The translations under genes and the position numbers were made by a program. Source: Nitrospirota bacterium (GTDB lineage Bacteria; Nitrospirota; UBA9217). Taken from it: 64,000 nucleotides of DNA. Within the stretch, counting starts at the first letter, position 1; every line of letters starts with the position of its first letter. Location: the NCBI GenBank assembly GCA_963845065.1, contig CAWJQQ010000003.1, positions 32,001 to 96,000 on the forward strand. The letters run 5' to 3'. Shown here piece after piece: positions 30,939-41,708 of the stretch. The notes beneath the pieces were generated by a model. It saw only the letters and a program-made list of their open reading frames with translations. It ran no database searches and was not told the origin of the DNA.

Positions 30939-32159
30939 ATGGCGCATCCCAAAATTCTTGCATTCGTCCTGGCCGGCGGCAAAGGCGAGCGGTTGACCCC
31001 ACTCACCGATTTCCGCTCTAAGCCTGCCGTGCCCTTCGGCGGCAGGTACAGGATTGTAGACTTCGTGCTCAGCAATCTGGTGAATTCTCACATCTATTCT
31101 GTGTATCTGTTAGTCCAATACAAGTCCCAATCACTGATTGAGCATGTACGCAAAAACTGGGTGCTATCCTCCTTCATCCCTGACCATTTCGTGGCTGTTG
31201 TTCCACCGCAGATGCGAATGGGTCCCGAGTGGTTCCAAGGCACGGCCAATGCGGTGTACCAGAACATCAACCTTATCCAAGACCGCGACCCGGAGTTAGT
31301 GATCGTCTTCGGTGCGGACCACATCTACCGTATGGACATTCGGCAGATGATCGACTTCCATCTGGAAAAGAGCGCGGATGTGACCGTGGCTACGCGGCCC
31401 GTACCGCTCGCTGAGGCCTCGGCTTTCGGCGTAGTCGCAACTGACAGCGGGAGGAGGATTACCGGATTCCAGGAAAAACCCGAACATCCAACGCCAAAAT
31501 CGGACGCACCCAGTCGTGCGTATGTTTCGATGGGCAATTATATCTTCAACCGGGATATTCTCATTGAGGCGCTCGTGCATGCGGAGATGAAAGGCCTGCA
31601 CGACTTCGGCTCACACATTATCCCCACCCTTGTGGAAACAGGCAGGGTCTATGCGTACGATTTTGCGACGAACCTCGTACCTGGCACGATGCAATACGAA
31701 GAACTAGGGTACTGGCGGGATGTGGGAACTATTCCTGCATATTTCCAGGCGCACATGGACATGCTGGGTGAGCAGCCCGTCTTCGACCTGCATAATAAAA
31801 AGTGGCCTATCCATCCGGCCGGGCACGAGGGGCCTGCAGCACAGATTTTCAGCGGCGAAATACGGAACAGCATCATCTCCGAGGGGGACATCGTGCGAAA
31901 CGCCAAGATCGTGAACTCTGTCGTCCGACAGGGTGTCGTGATCGAGGACGATGCCATAGTGGAAGACAGTATCATCATGGACTACACGGTCATCAGTAAG
32001 GGTTGCAGGCTCAAGAAGGTAATCGTGGACAAGTTCAATATCCTACCGGAGAAGCTTGAGATAGGCACTGACGCAGGAAAGGACCTTCTGAACGCTAAGT
32101 TCCACATTGATCCGTCAGGAATCAGAATCATCGCTAAGCCGGAAAGGAAGATCGGTTAA
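30939..32159 (+). CDS. glgC: Glucose-1-phosphate adenylyltransferase
   Basis: LAGGKGERLTPLT..RSKPAVPFGGRYRIVDF, WFQGTANAV, SMGNYIF, YWRDVGT. Confidence 0.96.
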   Translation: MAHPKILAFVLAGGKGERLTPLTDFRSKPAVPFGGRYRIVDFVLSNLVNSHIYSVYLLVQYKSQSLIEHVRKNWVLSSFIPDHFVAVVPPQMRMGPEWFQGTANAVYQNINLIQDRDPELVIVFGADHIYRMDIRQMIDFHLEKSADVTVATRPVPLAEASAFGVVATDSGRRITGFQEKPEHPTPKSDAPSRAYVSMGNYIFNRDILIEALVHAEMKGLHDFGSHIIPTLVETGRVYAYDFATNLVPGTMQYEELGYWRDVGTIPAYFQAHMDMLGEQPVFDLHNKKWPIHPAGHEGPAAQIFSGEIRNSIISEGDIVRNAKIVNSVVRQGVVIEDDAIVEDSIIMDYTVISKGCRLKKVIVDKFNILPEKLEIGTDAGKDLLNAKFHIDPSGIRIIAKPERKIG

Positions 32160-32496
32160 GAGGCATGAATATTACTCATTTCATCATTGATCAGAGAAGC
32201 ATGCGTTTTCAAGCAGGCGATTCAAGTCCACTTGCTTTCCTCTTGGTATTTGATTTGAAAAATGATGAGAATAATATAGCCGCTTAGCGACGTGAGTTCA
32301 TGTTCCTGTTCAGGCTCGATGTCAACGTTGTTATGTAGGGCATGCGCTAACGAAATCAAATGGTAACTTTATGAGTTAAGAGAATGAAAAGTTCAATTAC
32401 TACAGATTATACAGTTAACTGAATGCTTCAAACGGAATTCATCGCTATTTCGCCGGCCTTGTCGCTTCGATTATAACATCTGCAAGTCTACACTGC

Positions 32497-33016
32497 CACC
32501 CATTTGAAGGCTCCCTGTCAAGTGAAAAAGCCTACCCCGTGACGAGAAAATGATATTTTCTCGTCGATATCTTTTCAATCATCAACATCCGTACCATTGC
32601 CGTAGTTTCATTCAGTTTGGGTATCAGTCGCTACTGTACCAGCCACCCATAAGGATTAAGGTCCTGCTGATGATGCGCGGTTCTCAGCATGACCCTTTCC
32701 CCGCAGAGCGGGGACCAGAAAATCTTCGGCTCCTTGCCCCGCCCGTAAGGGTTTATAACAATACTCGTGGTTTTTTACCAGCCTCTAAGTGGTTCACGGC
32801 ACGGGCAGTAACGATGCTGATGACTCTAAAGTTTTGGGTGGAGCGGTTTACCAATCAATATTTATGGTTCTTCCAGCACTGCAGCTGGTTCCCCGCTCCA
32901 GCCATCTTGTTATCAATGATTTGTCATCCGAAGATCTTCTCGGGCTGAAAAACCAAATCATCCCGCATGACGTAGTACGCTGCCCTCGCCAGCTTGTGAG
33001 CCAGGGCATTAAGCGC
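32497..33016 (-). mobile_element. IS1111 variant 3' remnant (transposase tail, non-coding region, right end)
   Basis: ALAHKLARAAYYVMRDDLVFQPEKIFG*, then a non-coding region colinear with 19681-20078 but diverged. Confidence 0.85.
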
Positions 33017-33210
33017 ACCCCTCTGTGTCAATGTAATCGAGACACCTACCTTATGGTAAATTAGAGTAGAGGGCGGGGAGGAGAAATCATTATGATAGCA
33101 ACAAAGATCAAAGCAACCCGGGGAAACGAAGGAGCCCGTAGGGCGACTGAGGATCCCTGGGGCGAAGCCCCGCTAGAAGTCAATTCGTCTCAAAGTGTGT
33201 CTTCGGTCGA
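33017..33210 (+). mobile_element. IS3-family left-end fragment
   Basis: Homologous to the reverse complement of about 20762-20952 (MIATKIKAT...). Confidence 0.75.
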
Positions 33211-33940
33211 GAGAAACTGCGGCACACAGAGATCCATGCTGCTCATGAGCTGATATATCCGCTAATTTTTGAAGTTCGGGGTGACGGACAAGAGCCGTTC
33301 CCGGTGGAAGGGATTCTCGATCTTCTGGCTCCGGAGGAAGCTCCGTTTGTGGGTTGCGATTTTTTTCCCTTATTGTGTAGTTCGATATGATCGGGATAAG
33401 CCATGAGCTCGAGCGTTGCGCCAGAGAACGGGACCGAATAGCGATTAGTCTCGAACGAAACGAACCCCGTCTTGCCGAAAGTGAACACGATTGATCTGCG
33501 CGGCTGGTAGGGTATCTGCGGCAAGGCGACAAGCTGGATGTCTGTTTGTTCAGCTCAGCGATGCTATCGCAGGGGGTGACCCGCAGATGATCCTTAATGT
33601 CCCGAATAATCCGCTGGACGCGGCCTTTTTCGTTCGCCCGTCGCGGGGTGCAGGGATGGACCCCGAAGCTGTAATGTCGGCAGAAGTCCATGAACTGGGC
33701 GTTCAGCTTGAGCTCAGGCGTTCGCTTGATCACCACGCTTGTGAGGTTATCGTACCTGCACTTGCGGGGAACTCCGCCGATCTCCCGGAAGGCTTCGATG
33801 TGACCGTCCATAAAGAACTCCACGCTGCAGCGAGGACAAAACCGAACATATGCATAACGGGACCAGGCCAGAAGAAAAACAAAGCTGTACGCGATCCGGA
33901 CGGTATCCGCCACAGCGCCCAGTCTACCTGTGCCTCTTCT
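33211..33940 (-). pseudogene. istA: IS21-family IstA, 3' part (split by RIT)
   Basis: EAQVDW...WSRYAYVRF...FREIGGVP...YDNL...KGRVQRII; frameshifted. Confidence 0.82.
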
Positions 33941-34129
33941 TTATGTTGTGATTACCATAAGCAGCATTATGGTAAGCAAGAAATTATGTTGAGCTGATAT
34001 CGTTGTCCACTTTAAACTCCTCAAATTCATGGCACTTCTCTGACAGACCACTTCACATAATTTCCCCTTTAGAGTTAATCTATCGAAGCCAAGATAGAAC
34101 CATTTTCAACTCAAATAAAGGGGGACCTG

Positions 34130-35386
34130 ATGCTAACCAAGATTCTTTCAAACGATTACCTTGAATGCTATAAGCAGTCTCGTTACCGAGATCGGATAAA
34201 CTTGATTGCCGAACGCCTTATCAACCTCAAGTACTTAGATGTCGTCATTGTCGAGCGTATCCATGAGTGGATTAGATTCACAAAATACTGTAGCGACTCA
34301 GGCATTGATGTCCCATCCAGCATCTATGCCCAGGATGTAAATGATTACATTCGAAGGCGCTTCCCGAGAGGAAGCGGAAGCCGCCGTCGGTTCATAAAGG
34401 CATCGATTCGGATCTTCATTGAAGCGGACGGTGTCGGCAAGTTCACCAAACGTATCCGCCCCTTACCAAGGCCAACTACTGCCATGTATCAAAAAAGTGT
34501 CCCTTCTTATTTGAACTTTCTCCGTCAGCACCGAGGCGTAACGGATAAAACGCTGCGTAAAAATGCCTTTGCCCTGTGTGAATTTACACAATATCTTAGC
34601 AACGTAGACGTGCTTGATTTTAACAATCTTGAAGCCAAACACATCCATGATTTCTGTATGAATCGGGGTAATCGTAAGGCAATCACCTGGGTCTCCTATA
34701 CGGGGATGATTAAACGTTTTTTAAAATATGTGTTTATCCGTGGTGAATTGGGACAAGATTTGTCTTACGCTGTAGGAAGGTCAAAGCACTATCGTCACAT
34801 TGGCCTTCACGATGTTTTGACCGGTGATGAAGTCGATAAAATCATGAAGTGCATCGATCGCTCCAATGCTATAGGCAGAAGAGATTATGCCATCCTTTTA
34901 CTCGCGGCACGATATGGCATGCGGCCATCCGATATCCGCCAGATTAGCTTGGATAATATTCATTGGCGTCAGAACCAGATTGTTTTTTGCCAGTCCAAGA
35001 CAGGCAATCAACTTGTTTTGCCGCTCTTGCCGGACGTATCTGTTGCTCTTATTGAGTATCTCCGAAACGGACGTCCTACAACAACGGCCAGGAATATCTT
35101 TATCCGCCATAAAGCCCCATTCGAACCATTCTCACCCGATGACAATCTTTCCCAGGTCATGATTAAAGCTCTTCATTATGCCGGGATGGGTCAACGGTCT
35201 GGCTCGAGGGGTCTTTATCTTCTTCGCCACAGTCTCGCGACAAGAATGGTTGGGGCCAATATTCCAATAAAAACGATTGGTGATGTTCTGGGACATACCA
35301 GAACAGATTCCACTTTTGGCTACACGAAGATCGATTTGGATAACCTACGTTCCGCCTCCTTATCTATCGCGGAGGTCACCCAATGA
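34130..35386 (+). CDS. RIT tyrosine recombinase A
   Basis: RDYAILLLAARYGMR, LRHSLAT, LGHT...GY. Confidence 0.9.
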   Translation: MLTKILSNDYLECYKQSRYRDRINLIAERLINLKYLDVVIVERIHEWIRFTKYCSDSGIDVPSSIYAQDVNDYIRRRFPRGSGSRRRFIKASIRIFIEADGVGKFTKRIRPLPRPTTAMYQKSVPSYLNFLRQHRGVTDKTLRKNAFALCEFTQYLSNVDVLDFNNLEAKHIHDFCMNRGNRKAITWVSYTGMIKRFLKYVFIRGELGQDLSYAVGRSKHYRHIGLHDVLTGDEVDKIMKCIDRSNAIGRRDYAILLLAARYGMRPSDIRQISLDNIHWRQNQIVFCQSKTGNQLVLPLLPDVSVALIEYLRNGRPTTTARNIFIRHKAPFEPFSPDDNLSQVMIKALHYAGMGQRSGSRGLYLLRHSLATRMVGANIPIKTIGDVLGHTRTDSTFGYTKIDLDNLRSASLSIAEVTQ

Positions 35387-36384
35387 TTAATCCATCGAAC
35401 TCACTAATAAAAAGTTTCAAGTCTCCTCTGGCCCCCCAGATTGAGCGCTTCCTTAAGTTTAAGCGCGCTGTAGGAAATCGCTACCGTTCTGAAGAGGAAA
35501 TGCTACACGCAGTGGACCAATTTCTGCTATCACAACTTCCAGCAAACGATCCTGTAATCACAGATCAAAACGTTCGTGCGTATTTATCACGAAATAAAGC
35601 TAATTCTGAAACCACGCGTGGACACCATCTCACCGTCCTGCGCCAACTCTGTTATTTTATCGCCCTGGAAGAACCACGAACGTTCATTCCTCCCCCATGC
35701 TTTCTGGGTATACGCCGTAGACCCTTTGTTCCACGCATCCTATCGCGTGCGGAAGGTCGGCAGTTTTTGGAAGCCTGCTTCCATCTTCCAAATGGCCGAT
35801 GCTCTCCACTCCGCAGCCTCGTACACGGAACGGCGTTAATGCTCCTATTTTTGACGGGCATGCGATTGGGGGAGGTCTTATCTTTAAACATCGCCGATGT
35901 TGATTTTATCAATGGGGTTCTAAGAATCCGTGAAAGCAAATTCGGTAAATCCAGATTTGTACCCTTGGCTCAAGATCTCATGAATCGTATGAAACAATGT
36001 CGACTCTTTGTAGAGCAGTCTATTGGCATGCGTCCCCCTGATGCCTGTTTTTTCCCGGGACCCAAAGGCCGTAGACTCACCAAGGATGCCCTCCGATATA
36101 CATTCCGTATGGTTTTGGCTGAAGCAAAAATCCCGTGGCTCGGTGTGGGAAAAGGTCCACGCCTCCATGACCTTCGCCACTCATTCGCCTGCAATAGGTT
36201 GCTTTTGTGGTATGAGCAAGGCGCAGACCTGAATGCCAAGTTGCCCATTCTTGCCACGTACCTCGGCCATGTCAGTCTTTCAAGTACTCAATATTACCTG
36301 CGATTAACTGAAGATCTCCTGAGCGCAGTAACAAGCCGTTATCAGCTCAGCTTCGGCAGTCTTATCGAAGAAAGGGGGAAATAA
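35383..36384 (+). CDS. RIT tyrosine recombinase B
   Basis: TGMRLGE, SKFGKSRFVP, HDLRHSFA, LATYLGH...YY. Confidence 0.9.
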   Translation: MINPSNSLIKSFKSPLAPQIERFLKFKRAVGNRYRSEEEMLHAVDQFLLSQLPANDPVITDQNVRAYLSRNKANSETTRGHHLTVLRQLCYFIALEEPRTFIPPPCFLGIRRRPFVPRILSRAEGRQFLEACFHLPNGRCSPLRSLVHGTALMLLFLTGMRLGEVLSLNIADVDFINGVLRIRESKFGKSRFVPLAQDLMNRMKQCRLFVEQSIGMRPPDACFFPGPKGRRLTKDALRYTFRMVLAEAKIPWLGVGKGPRLHDLRHSFACNRLLLWYEQGADLNAKLPILATYLGHVSLSSTQYYLRLTEDLLSAVTSRYQLSFGSLIEERGK

Positions 36385-37385
36385 TGGTTACCAGTCTTCC
36401 AAATTTGATTACGGATTTTTTTATGGTTCACCTTGGTGAGGAACGAAACGTGAGCGATCATACTGTTACAGCCTATCGTGACGCTTTAAAGATGTTGCTG
36501 TGCTTCGTAGCGCGTGTCCGAAGCTGTGAAGTCGATCGTTTGCACTTCGAATATCTTTCCGTAGAGGCTATCCTTGATTTCTTGAATCATCTGGAAACAG
36601 AACGGAGAAATTCCATTCGTAGCCGTAATGCTCGCTTGGCTGCCATCCATTCCTTTTTTCGTTACGTTATGGGTCGTGAGCCAGCACTTGCCTCTTTCTG
36701 TCAACGAGTTTTAGTCATTCCTTTTAAGAAAACAAGGCACCGGGTCCTCGGCTATTTAAACAAGGAAGAGATGAAGAATCTTCTTTCTCAGGTTGACCGT
36801 ACCACGGTGAGCGGCGAGCGCGATTATGTACTCTAGGCTCTTCTTTACGATACTGGCGCCCGTGTGCAAGAACTCCTCGATCTCAAACCCATCAATTTCC
36901 GTCTGGGGAGTCCTGCCTTTGTAAGAATCCACGGAAAGGGGCGCAAAGAGCGTTTATGTCCGCTTCTGCCGCAGACTGCTCATATTGTTGAACGCTTTCT
37001 TGCAGAGGAGGGGCGTATTTTTGAAGACAGGACGCCACTCTTCATCAATCGTTCCGGACAAAAGTTATCACGACACGGCGTGCGATATGTATTAAAAAAA
37101 TACTTGGTCATTGCGCAACAAAAAATGCCAGACATGAATTGTCGCGGTATCAGCCCTCACTCGCTGCGACATGCTAAGGCGATGCACTTGTTGCAAGCAG
37201 GATTACCTCTTATCACTATCAAGGATATCCTTGGCCATGCCGACATTAAATCAACTGAAGTTTATGTTCAAACAGATATGGAGATGAAGCGAAAGGCATT
37301 AGATCTCGCAGGAACTCCGTCCGAAGTGAAAAAATCGAGAAAGCCAATCACACCTGCTTTGCTCAAATGGCTAGAATCCCTGTAA
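36384..37385 (+). pseudogene. RIT tyrosine recombinase C with an in-frame TAG at 36834-36836
   Basis: RDYVL*ALLYDTGARVQE...HSLRHAKAMHLLQAG...LGHA...VY. Confidence 0.88.
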
Positions 37386-37485
37386 AGATATTATGCGTAG
37401 TATCTCGAATCAACTATTCCAGAAGAATCAAATCCTTTTAGCGCAGGTGGAGGTTTAACTCAACATAATTTCTTGCTTACCATAA

Positions 37486-37856
37486 TCTTCTGCGGGAAGG
37501 AACGTGAGCTCATGAAACACCGGCCTTTTACTTTTCCGCCGGTATTTGCGAGTGTGAACAGCGAACATGGTGTAACCGCCGGTATATCCATAGGTCTTCA
37601 AGCGGTTATACACTTGCTGCACTAAGAGATAGGTATGTTCCTGGTACCACTCTTCGATCAGACGCTCATAGGGTGCAAGGAGCGTCTGCTTGGGAGGCTT
37701 CTGTATGCTCTGACCATTGATGATTCTGGTGACACGCATCTTCCCCATGGAAAGCGCCTTCATGATTTGCCTGATCGACAGGCCTTCCACGGCGCGGAGA
37801 TGCTTCACTCTGCTTTCAAGCGATTCATCCTGATTACCGGCATGATCGGTCGTCAT
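37486..37856 (-). pseudogene. istA: IS21-family IstA, 5' part
   Basis: GLSIRQI HTH...LAPYERLI...GYTGGY...FHELTFLPAE joins EAQVDW at 33940. Confidence 0.8.
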
Positions 37857-37971
37857 GGTGGCATTATTATCGGACCGTGATAGGAACTTCAATACCGCCT
37901 TGTATCACACCACGAAAAAGCACAACAACGTATTGATTTGTTGGGGCTATTTCCCGCACTCGGCTTGTATC

Positions 37972-38373
37972 TCACGCGGAGCGGCATGGAGAGTCAGCCA
38001 ATCGTCCCGGAATATCAATGGGTTGAAAGGGCATCTCTGATTGTATCTCACGCAGCACGATGACATTTTTCTCAACTGCATCAAGGGCTTTTACAAACAT
38101 CTCGGCTTGTATCTCACCGGGTGTGAACTTCATACGCCGCTCTTTTCTCCGCTGTAGCCAGGTCTTCTGATAGTCAGGATGCTCCTGTCTCCATGCCTTG
38201 ACCTCATCGTACCTGCCAAGCCAGTAATCAGGATTCTTTCTTCGAAAGTGCTTGTTGTTCTCGCTCTTTCGAACTTTCCGGCACGCCACAGAACATGTCT
38301 TCTGACGCGGCCCAACCCTTCTGTCCGGTACGAACTTCACACCGCAGCACTGACAACGCTTCTCTCCAGCCAT
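37972..38373 (-). CDS. Cys-rich (CxxC...CxxxC) basic protein upstream of istA
   Basis: KRCQCCGVKFVPDRRVGPRQKTCSVACRK...NPDYW; GAGG RBS. Confidence 0.6.
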   Translation of the reverse strand: MAGEKRCQCCGVKFVPDRRVGPRQKTCSVACRKVRKSENNKHFRRKNPDYWLGRYDEVKAWRQEHPDYQKTWLQRRKERRMKFTPGEIQAEMFVKALDAVEKNVIVLREIQSEMPFQPIDIPGRLADSPCRSA

Positions 38374-38499
38374 CCTCATTCGCTCTCTCTGAGTTCTGTG
38401 ATGGCTTCACTCTATTGACTTTAACTAAAAAGGAAAGACCGAAATGAACAAGAAAGGAAGGATCAAAAGACAGGAACTACACCGGAGACATCACCTTTA

Positions 38500-38934
38500 G
38501 AATCGTCCCCGAAATCATCGTTACGACAACAATCGCTAAGCGTCTCCGGGCAAAGCTCAAAGAAGTGAGAAAAGAGATTATCCGCCGCCGACATGAGCTG
38601 GTGCCGACACTTGGTAAATGGCTTAGATCAGTGATACAGGGTCATCTCAATTACTTCGCAGTGCCCGGCAATAACAAGGCAGTGAACCGGTTCTGCACTG
38701 AGATAACTAAGGCATGGCTCTTTGCGTTAAGGCGACGTAGCCACAAGGCCAGAAATCTTATGTGGGATCGCATGAAATGCCTGATAAAGACGTGGATACT
38801 CACAATCAAAGTCAGACACCTTTACCCGAGCCAAAGGCTTCGCGTGAACTACCCGAGGTAAGAGCCGTGTGAAGTAGTGCTTCTAGCACGGATCAGTGCG
38901 GGAGGCGTCCGGCAACGGATGTCCCTACCGCGAT
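38500..38934 (+). mobile_element. Group II intron 3' remnant (maturase X domain plus domains V and VI)
   Basis: LRAKLKEVRKEIIRRRH...GKWLRSVIQGHLNYFAVPGN; DV GAGCCGTGTGAAGTAGTGCTTCTAGCACGGATC at 38862; DVI ending CCCTACCGCGAT. Confidence 0.88.
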
Positions 38935-39111
38935 CGATCTCATCGCTTGGTGGAGGCGTTTGCATTACGAATATAACCCCTTACAACCGATTCCTTGACA
39001 TCACAATTATCTGATGCTATGGTTTACAAAAGTTGACTTTTGGTATGTGATATTTTTCTGGACAGTTACAACAATATTTTGGAATCACATTTTACCCTTG
39101 TCAAGGAAGCT

Positions 39112-40275
39112 ATGGAAGACGTTGTTTTAATTAGTGCGATCAGGACGGCAATCGGCAAATTCGGTCACTCCCTAAAGAGCATTCCTGCGCCGCGACTCGG
39201 AGCCCTTGTAATAGCTGAGGCGGTAAAACAGGCGGGCATTCAGGCAGGGCGTGTTGACGAGGTGATCATGGGCAATGTGATCTCCGCGGGTTTGGGGCAG
39301 AACCCTGCCCGTCAGGCTGCAATCTATGCTGGTATCCCCGTTGAAACCGGTTCAGTTACGATCAATAAGGTGTGTGGATCCGGACTGAAGGCGGTTATGT
39401 TCGCTGTCCAAGCTATAAAAGCAGGCGACGCAGACATTATCGTTGCTGGCGGTATGGAAAACATGAGCGCCGCCCCCTACCTAGTCAGAAATATTCGGTG
39501 GGGATTAAAGTTCGGTGATACGTCAATGGCTGACTCCATGCTCAATGACGGGTTATGGGATGTGTACAATAACTTTCTTATGGGGATGACGGGAGAGCGG
39601 ATAGCCGAAAAATTCGGTATCACCCGTGAGGAAGCGGACGCATTTAGCCTGGAAAGTAATCGCAAGGCCTCACGCGCTACCCATGAGGGGAAATTCAGGG
39701 AAGAGATCCTCCCTATCGATATCCAGGGACGGTCCTTTGATACAGACGAATGCATCCAGAAGGACACTTCCCTGGACAGGCTTGCGGCACTTCCTCCTGT
39801 GTTCAAGCAAGACGGCATCCTGACCGCAGGAAACAGCTCCAAACTTAGTGACGGCGCTGCCGCGCTGGTAGTTACGTCGGCCCGAACCGCCCGTTCATTA
39901 GGTATTGAACCGATGGCGCGCATCATAGATTATGCTGTTGGCGGCACAAGGCCGGAAGATGTGATGGAGGCCCCGATACCGACAGTCAAGAAGCTCCTTG
40001 CCAAGACCGGTTTTACCATAGACGACATGGATCTGATCGAACACAATGAAGCCTATGCGCCTGCATCGGTTGTCGTCTCAAGAGAATTGGGCATTGATCC
40101 CAATAAATTCAATGTCAGTGGCGGTGCGATCGCCCTAGGGCATCCCATAGGGTGCAGTGGCGCAAGGATCCTCGTGACGCTGGTCCATGCCTTAAAGGAA
40201 AAGGGATTGACGAGAGGACTCGCTACTCTGTGTTTAGGCGGTGGTAATGCGGTGGCAATGATTATAGAGCGATAA
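39112..40275 (+). CDS. Acetyl-CoA C-acetyltransferase (thiolase)
   Basis: NKVCGSGLKA, GGMENMS, HNEAYA, GGAIALGHPIGCSG, LCLGGG. Confidence 0.95.
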   Translation: MEDVVLISAIRTAIGKFGHSLKSIPAPRLGALVIAEAVKQAGIQAGRVDEVIMGNVISAGLGQNPARQAAIYAGIPVETGSVTINKVCGSGLKAVMFAVQAIKAGDADIIVAGGMENMSAAPYLVRNIRWGLKFGDTSMADSMLNDGLWDVYNNFLMGMTGERIAEKFGITREEADAFSLESNRKASRATHEGKFREEILPIDIQGRSFDTDECIQKDTSLDRLAALPPVFKQDGILTAGNSSKLSDGAAALVVTSARTARSLGIEPMARIIDYAVGGTRPEDVMEAPIPTVKKLLAKTGFTIDDMDLIEHNEAYAPASVVVSRELGIDPNKFNVSGGAIALGHPIGCSGARILVTLVHALKEKGLTRGLATLCLGGGNAVAMIIER

Positions 40276-40369
40276 TTGCTCATCAGCTAAGGTAGCTTAG
40301 CACAGATGACGAAGCGAAGCGACTGATTCGGCAGGCACGGAGAAAGAAACTAGCGGACCGGGAGCGTCC

Positions 40370-41539
40370 ATGTTTTATACTCAGGAACAGAGAAATATCA
40401 TTTCACAACTCTTCCCCGGGCAGGAAAACTACCACGAACTGCTCGAACAGATGGGAAACTTCTTTGAGCACGAGATAGAGCCAACGGCGAAGATGATCGA
40501 CCAAAAAGAACTCTTCCCAAAACAGAATCTGGAGAAACTGGCTGTTCATAGTATTACGGCCCTCCCGTTTTCTCCGGAGCACGGAGGACGGGGGCTTCCG
40601 TTGCCTGTTTATATCACTACGCTGGAAATGCTGACTAAGGCATGCGCCAATACCGCAATTCCGCTCTCGATCCAAGGCATGAGCTGCGAAGGTATCCGTT
40701 TGTTCGGTAGTGCCGCTCAGAAAAAGGAGTTTCTGTTGGAGAGAGGCCTTATTAAGGGGAAGAACCTGATCGCTTTTGCCCTCAGCGAGCCCTGCTGCGG
40801 GTCAGATGCAAAGGCCATCCAGACAAAAGCCTGGTGGTCAGGGACGCACTACGTCTTGAACGGCGACAAAATGCTTATCTCCAACCCCGGAGAGGCCGAT
40901 GTAATCCTGATTTTTGCGAGGACGGACAAGGGCATCTCGTCCTTTCTCGTACCGCAAGAAACGCCGGGATGTAAGGTCACGGCGATATTCCCAAAGCTCG
41001 GGGTCAGGGGTAATAAGCTCTCAGCAATACATCTCGAACAGTGTGTCGTACCCCGGGAAAATCGCCTGGGAGAAGAAGGAAAGGGAATGGAGTACGCAAA
41101 ACATATCCTGAATTACGGGCGACTTTCTATAGCTGCAATGGGTATCGGCATTGCTCAGGCAGCATTCGAGAAGACTCTATCGTACAGCAGGAAGAGGATG
41201 GCCTTTGGCAAGGGTATCGGGGATTTTGAGCTTATTCAGGAGAAGATTGCAAACATGACGACAGAAATTCAGGCTGCTCGGCTCCTTACGTATCATACCG
41301 CTGCACTCAAGGACAAAGGAGAAGACATTGCCTGCGAAGCCGCGCAAGCCAAGCTTTTTTCGTCGGAGATGGCACAGCGGGTATGCGACGCTGCTATTCA
41401 GATCCATGGTGGATACGGTTACATCGATGAATATGATGTCCATCGCCACTGGAGGGACGCAAGAATGCTTTCCATCGTCGAAGGCACGTCCGAGGTATTG
41501 CGAATCCTTATTGCCCATCAGGTCTTAAAGAGTGGATAA
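40370..41539 (+). CDS. Acyl-CoA dehydrogenase
   Basis: FALSEPCCGSDA, NGDKMLISN, GRLSIAA, IQIHGGYGY, IVEGTSEV. Confidence 0.94.
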   Translation: MFYTQEQRNIISQLFPGQENYHELLEQMGNFFEHEIEPTAKMIDQKELFPKQNLEKLAVHSITALPFSPEHGGRGLPLPVYITTLEMLTKACANTAIPLSIQGMSCEGIRLFGSAAQKKEFLLERGLIKGKNLIAFALSEPCCGSDAKAIQTKAWWSGTHYVLNGDKMLISNPGEADVILIFARTDKGISSFLVPQETPGCKVTAIFPKLGVRGNKLSAIHLEQCVVPRENRLGEEGKGMEYAKHILNYGRLSIAAMGIGIAQAAFEKTLSYSRKRMAFGKGIGDFELIQEKIANMTTEIQAARLLTYHTAALKDKGEDIACEAAQAKLFSSEMAQRVCDAAIQIHGGYGYIDEYDVHRHWRDARMLSIVEGTSEVLRILIAHQVLKSG

Positions 41540-41708
41540 GGTAAGCCATAGCGGATTAAATAAAAATATGCCCCTGCAAATATTGGGTTCAGTTGTACCG
41601 CTTTATCGTAATCATTGATAGCTTGCTAATAGTTTCCTAAATCGGAAAGGGTACAAATGTATGCAGTGCCATACAGAAATGATAAAAGGGGATGGAGTTA
41701 CCCCCAAA

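Larger units (their letters stand above)
33941..37485 (+). mobile_element. RIT element (recombinases in trio)
   Basis: Three tandem tyrosine recombinases; a perfect 28-bp IR at 33966-33993 / 37459-37486; TCTTCT duplicated at 33935-33940 and 37486-37491 inside istA. Confidence 0.92.

Noticed and set aside
23884..33016. IS1111 left end at 23.9 kb and right end at 32.5 kb as one composite element
   Set aside because: Both are on the minus strand, but in the wrong order to enclose the intervening DNA.
38500..38934. Retron or DGR reverse transcriptase linked to the variable collagen genes
   Set aside because: Only a maturase X-domain tail with DV/DVI remains. No RT core, and no TR/VR pair with adenine-specific differences.
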